From: an uncultured delta proteobacterium
GTDB lineage: Bacteria; Desulfobacterota; Zymogenia; Zymogenales; Zymogenaceae
Direction of reading: 5' to 3'
Length of the DNA stretch: 64,000 nucleotides
Assembly: GCA_963735595.1 (NCBI GenBank)
Contig: CAVTLK010000001.1
Span: 960,001 to 1,024,000 of the forward strand
The notes below the pieces were generated by a model. It saw nothing but the letters and a program-made list of their open reading frames with translations, was not told the origin of the DNA and made no database searches. Of this stretch, positions 62,721 to 64,000 are shown in pieces (positions within the stretch are counted from its first letter, which is position 1; every line of letters starts with the position of its first letter). Made by a program: the position numbers and the translations under genes.

Positions 62721-63674
62721 ATGAAACAAGCCCTCAGAGAAGTCGACAAGGTCGAGATTCTTACCTTACAGGATAACTATGTCGATCTGGTCTCTCGTGA
62801 TAATACCGAGGTAGTCTTGAGGGCGATGCCCCTCAAGGACATGCAGGTGAAGAACTCGATCCTGGCCGAACACGGGTTTTCCTCCGTCGTTACCGTAACC
62901 GGTAACGGCGAGTCACGGAGCATCCTCTTTGATTTCGGTTTTTCCGCCCACGGGGCAGCATTCAACGCCGACGCCCTCGGAGTCGATCTTTCGAAGATCG
63001 AGGCGTGCGTCATCTCCCACGGCCACCTTGACCACGTGGGGGGGATGGAGGAACTGGCGGGAAATATCGGAAGGAAGGGGATTCCGCTGGTCGTCCACCC
63101 CGAGGCCTTCAGAAACCCGAGATACCTCAAGATCACCGACCAGTTCAAGGTCTTCTTCCCTCCCCTGACCAGGGAGCGGGCTGACACCGCGGGTCTTTCG
63201 TTGAAGGCGACAAAAGAGCCCCGCGGCCTGCTGGATGATACCGTCATCTTTCTCGGAGAAGTGCCCCGCAAGACGGCGTTCGAAAAAGTGGGGCAGGATT
63301 TCTGTTACGAAAAGGACGGCAAGGAGCTGTGGGACGACATCATCGACGACTCTGCGATCGCCGTCAACCTGAAGGGGAAGGGCCTCGTGCTGCTGTCTGG
63401 ATGCGCACACTCGGGGATTATCAATACACTCCAATATGCGCAGGAGGTGACCGGCCAGTATAAGATCCATGCCGTCATGGGCGGGTTTCACCTCAACGGC
63501 GCGGACGCGGACGCCGTCGTGGGCCCGACGGTACAGGGGCTGATTGATGCCGACCCGGCATACATAGTCCCTACACACTGCACGGGAAGGAAGGAAGTAA
63601 TGGAAATCGAACGGCGCATGCCGGATCAATTCCTTCTCAATATGGTCGGCACGAAGTTGACCTTTTCGGCATAG
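62721..63674 (+). CDS. MBL-fold metallohydrolase
   Basis: AEHGFS, LFDFG, SHGHLDHVGG, GCAHSG, GGFHL, PTHCTG; GGAGG RBS. Confidence 0.88.
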   Translation: MKQALREVDKVEILTLQDNYVDLVSRDNTEVVLRAMPLKDMQVKNSILAEHGFSSVVTVTGNGESRSILFDFGFSAHGAAFNADALGVDLSKIEACVISHGHLDHVGGMEELAGNIGRKGIPLVVHPEAFRNPRYLKITDQFKVFFPPLTRERADTAGLSLKATKEPRGLLDDTVIFLGEVPRKTAFEKVGQDFCYEKDGKELWDDIIDDSAIAVNLKGKGLVLLSGCAHSGIINTLQYAQEVTGQYKIHAVMGGFHLNGADADAVVGPTVQGLIDADPAYIVPTHCTGRKEVMEIERRMPDQFLLNMVGTKLTFSA

Positions 63675-63697
63675 CCGCATCTAAACAGGAGGGTGAA

Positions 63698-63982
63698 ATG
63701 TTGATGCGTGAGAGAGGACAGGGAGGCGCCGGAGGTGGCTCCGGTTCCGGTGGTGGAATGGGACGAGGAGGTGGTGGTGGAGGCCGTGGCGGCGGAGCCG
63801 GCGGAGGTCGTGCAGGCGGCGGCGGTGGAGGCCGTGGGGCAGGTATGGGAAACCGTCCCGGCTCCGGCCCCGGCGGAAACTGCGTCTGTCCGGCATGTGG
63901 GACGAAAGCGGCGCATCAGGCAGGCGTTCCCTGCTACCAGGTGACGTGCCCCAGCTGTGGGAAGGCGATGATGAAGGAGTAA
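63698..63982 (+). CDS. Small Gly-rich protein with CxCxxC...CxxC motif
   Basis: GPGGNCVCPACG...GVPCYQVTCPSCG; GGAGG RBS; the next gene starts at ATG 63993. Confidence 0.75.
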   Translation: MLMRERGQGGAGGGSGSGGGMGRGGGGGGRGGGAGGGRAGGGGGGRGAGMGNRPGSGPGGNCVCPACGTKAAHQAGVPCYQVTCPSCGKAMMKE

Positions 63983-64000
63983 GGAGGAAGATATGAAGAT

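Noticed and set aside
63715..63880. GGC/GGT-rich tandem repeat
   Set aside because: Simply encodes the Gly-rich part of ORF 63698..63982.

Overview
GC-rich bacterial DNA whose gene content (rubrerythrin, a glycyl radical enzyme, an AbfD-like dehydratase, an ORP-type sigma-54 cluster, a Sec codon) points to an anaerobe; a Desulfobacterota-like affiliation is an inference. Left to right: a 5'-truncated UshA-like gene with an in-frame C-G-TGA and SECIS-like hairpin (probable selenoprotein) followed by mobA/mobB; a HEPN-MNT cassette bounded by a duplicated gene 3' end; a ~12 kb minus-strand, PadR-headed cluster (two short-chain-type dehydrogenases, a glycyl radical enzyme of unassigned specificity, a GctAB-type CoA transferase, MmgE/PrpD, acyl-CoA dehydrogenase, SCP2-like protein, two QueG-like Fe-S proteins) with no radical-SAM activase in the window; assorted housekeeping and lipid-related genes; a TetR-TolC-MFP-RND efflux operon; an AbfD/TetR divergon with palindromic operators; a hybrid histidine kinase; a four-gene membrane-anchored FHA / Ser-Thr kinase-PQQ / vWA / PP2C module; a degenerate tRNA-Arg 3' fragment that looks like an att scar; and a sigma-54-driven ORP-like cluster running off the right end. 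Several genes are broken by clustered, mostly +1 indels that look like assembly error rather than true pseudogenisation. The glycyl radical cluster is the best candidate for an undescribed system. All family assignments are from motif recognition by eye, not from database searches.
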